A stretch of DNA of 55,826 nt from Thermoplasmatota archaeon (GTDB lineage: Archaea > Thermoplasmatota > E2 > DHVEG-1), in contig JAYEJG010000076.1 in NCBI GenBank assembly GCA_034660435.1, positions 1 through 55,826 on the forward strand. The letters are read 5' to 3'. A model generated the notes under the pieces. That model was not told the origin of the DNA and did not search any database. It saw nothing but the letters and a program-made list of their open reading frames with translations. Of the stretch, positions 55,519 through 55,826 are shown in pieces; within the stretch, counting starts at the first letter, position 1; each line of letters opens with the position of its first letter. The translations under genes were made by a program, and so were the position numbers.

Positions 55519-55826
55519 TTTCTTTCCCAATGCCCATAAAAACAAGCTCTGAAATATCGTATACTTCGCAGCCTTGCCCTTTAAACGCTGTATTGCATGT
55601 TGGACATGCAGTCACAATACATTCCGCATCTTTTTTTAACTCTTCAACTCTTTTTTTGGTAATTTTTTCAGAAAGGTTGGAATGAGTCTGTCCAAGGGAC
55701 CCTCCTCTACCACAACATTGTGTATCCTTTCCACCAAAATATGGATATTTGACGGTAAGGTCAGGGATGTTCTTTAGTACCTCGCGAGGCTCGTCTATTA
55801 ATTCGAGTTTTCTGGCGAGAGTACAA
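55487..55826 (-). CDS. CCG-domain Fe-S protein (GlpC / HdrD-LutA-like), C-terminal 112 codons; the gene starts beyond the right edge
   Basis: Not in the ORF track. Open frame from the window edge: CTLARKLELIDEPREVLKNIPDLTVKYPYFGGKDTQCCGRGGSLGQTH...IVTACPTCNTAFKGQG...KKIC*. The CCG and CPxC signatures indicate a cysteine-rich CCG domain. Overlaps the glpA-like start by 32 nt. Confidence 0.6.
   Translation of the reverse strand, partial: CTLARKLELIDEPREVLKNIPDLTVKYPYFGGKDTQCCGRGGSLGQTHSNLSEKITKKRVEELKKDAECIVTACPTCNTAFKGQGCEVYDISELVFMGIGKENDGCKDKKIC

Noticed and set aside
1-55826. Search for CRISPR arrays, long direct or inverted repeats, IS elements, integrases, toxin-antitoxin pairs or other defence-island signatures.
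   Set aside because: Reading both strands, I found no regularly spaced repeats and no transposase, integrase or Cas-like translations. The nuclease- and helicase-like genes (XPD, FEN1, NYN, HD/OB, DUF99) all belong to housekeeping archaeal families and are dispersed rather than clustered.

Overview
This is a visibly AT-rich, very gene-dense archaeal chromosomal segment. I call about 66 protein-coding genes (2 cut by the window edges, 3 missing from the ORF track) and 3 tRNAs: Ser-GGA, Ala-GGC and Gly-CCC. I saw no rRNA, CRISPR array, transposase, integrase or obvious prophage.

Archaeal identity rests on hallmark genes: AglB, Cbf5, Pth2, split GMP synthase, PurP, PdaD, CarS, GGGP synthase, archaeal adenylate kinase, a DUF106 insertase, Tsr3, Taw2, FEN1 and XPD. 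Finer taxonomy cannot be fixed from the sequence alone.

The content is mostly housekeeping:
- central carbon metabolism: PEP synthase, ADP-forming acetyl-CoA synthetase alpha subunit
- nucleotide metabolism: prs, pyrC, purE, purP, guaAA/guaAB, cmk, adk
- ether-lipid synthesis: two geranylgeranyl-reductase paralogues, ferredoxin, GGGPS, UbiX, CarS
- translation and secretion: the tail of the ribosomal-protein cluster, uL15-SecY-Adk-DUF106-Cmk-Cbf5
- RNA modification: Tsr3, Taw2, a METTL5-like methyltransferase, Trm112
- DNA transactions: type IA topoisomerase, XPD, FEN1
- two dipeptidases
- a tightly coupled glycerol catabolic operon

Many ORF-track starts are TTG or GTG extensions. I re-set them to ATG or SD-supported starts where the sequence supports that.

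I do not see a clear defence-island-like novel system. The most unusual items are:
1. A three-gene operon in which an MtnA-type isomerase is translationally coupled to a class II aldolase-fold protein that has lost all three Zn-ligand histidines, followed by a minimal metal-free cupin.
2. An AglB oligosaccharyltransferase of 1291 aa with four tandem beta-sandwich modules at its C-terminus. It lies one gene (prs) away from an orphan, sequon-rich 728-aa surface protein.
3. A BON domain fused to the N-terminus of the glycerol-3-phosphate dehydrogenase, in an operon that also carries a GlpC-like CCG protein, a NOX-like protein, a DUF1667 protein and GlpK.
4. Translational coupling of two unrelated acp-transferases, Taw2 and Tsr3.
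5. An unlisted 56-aa Trm112 gene behind an HD/OB nuclease gene.
6. A palindromic TATA box equidistant from two divergent start codons.
7. All seven convergent gene junctions separated by 12 nt or less, or overlapping.

All family assignments come from reading motifs by eye and need database confirmation.
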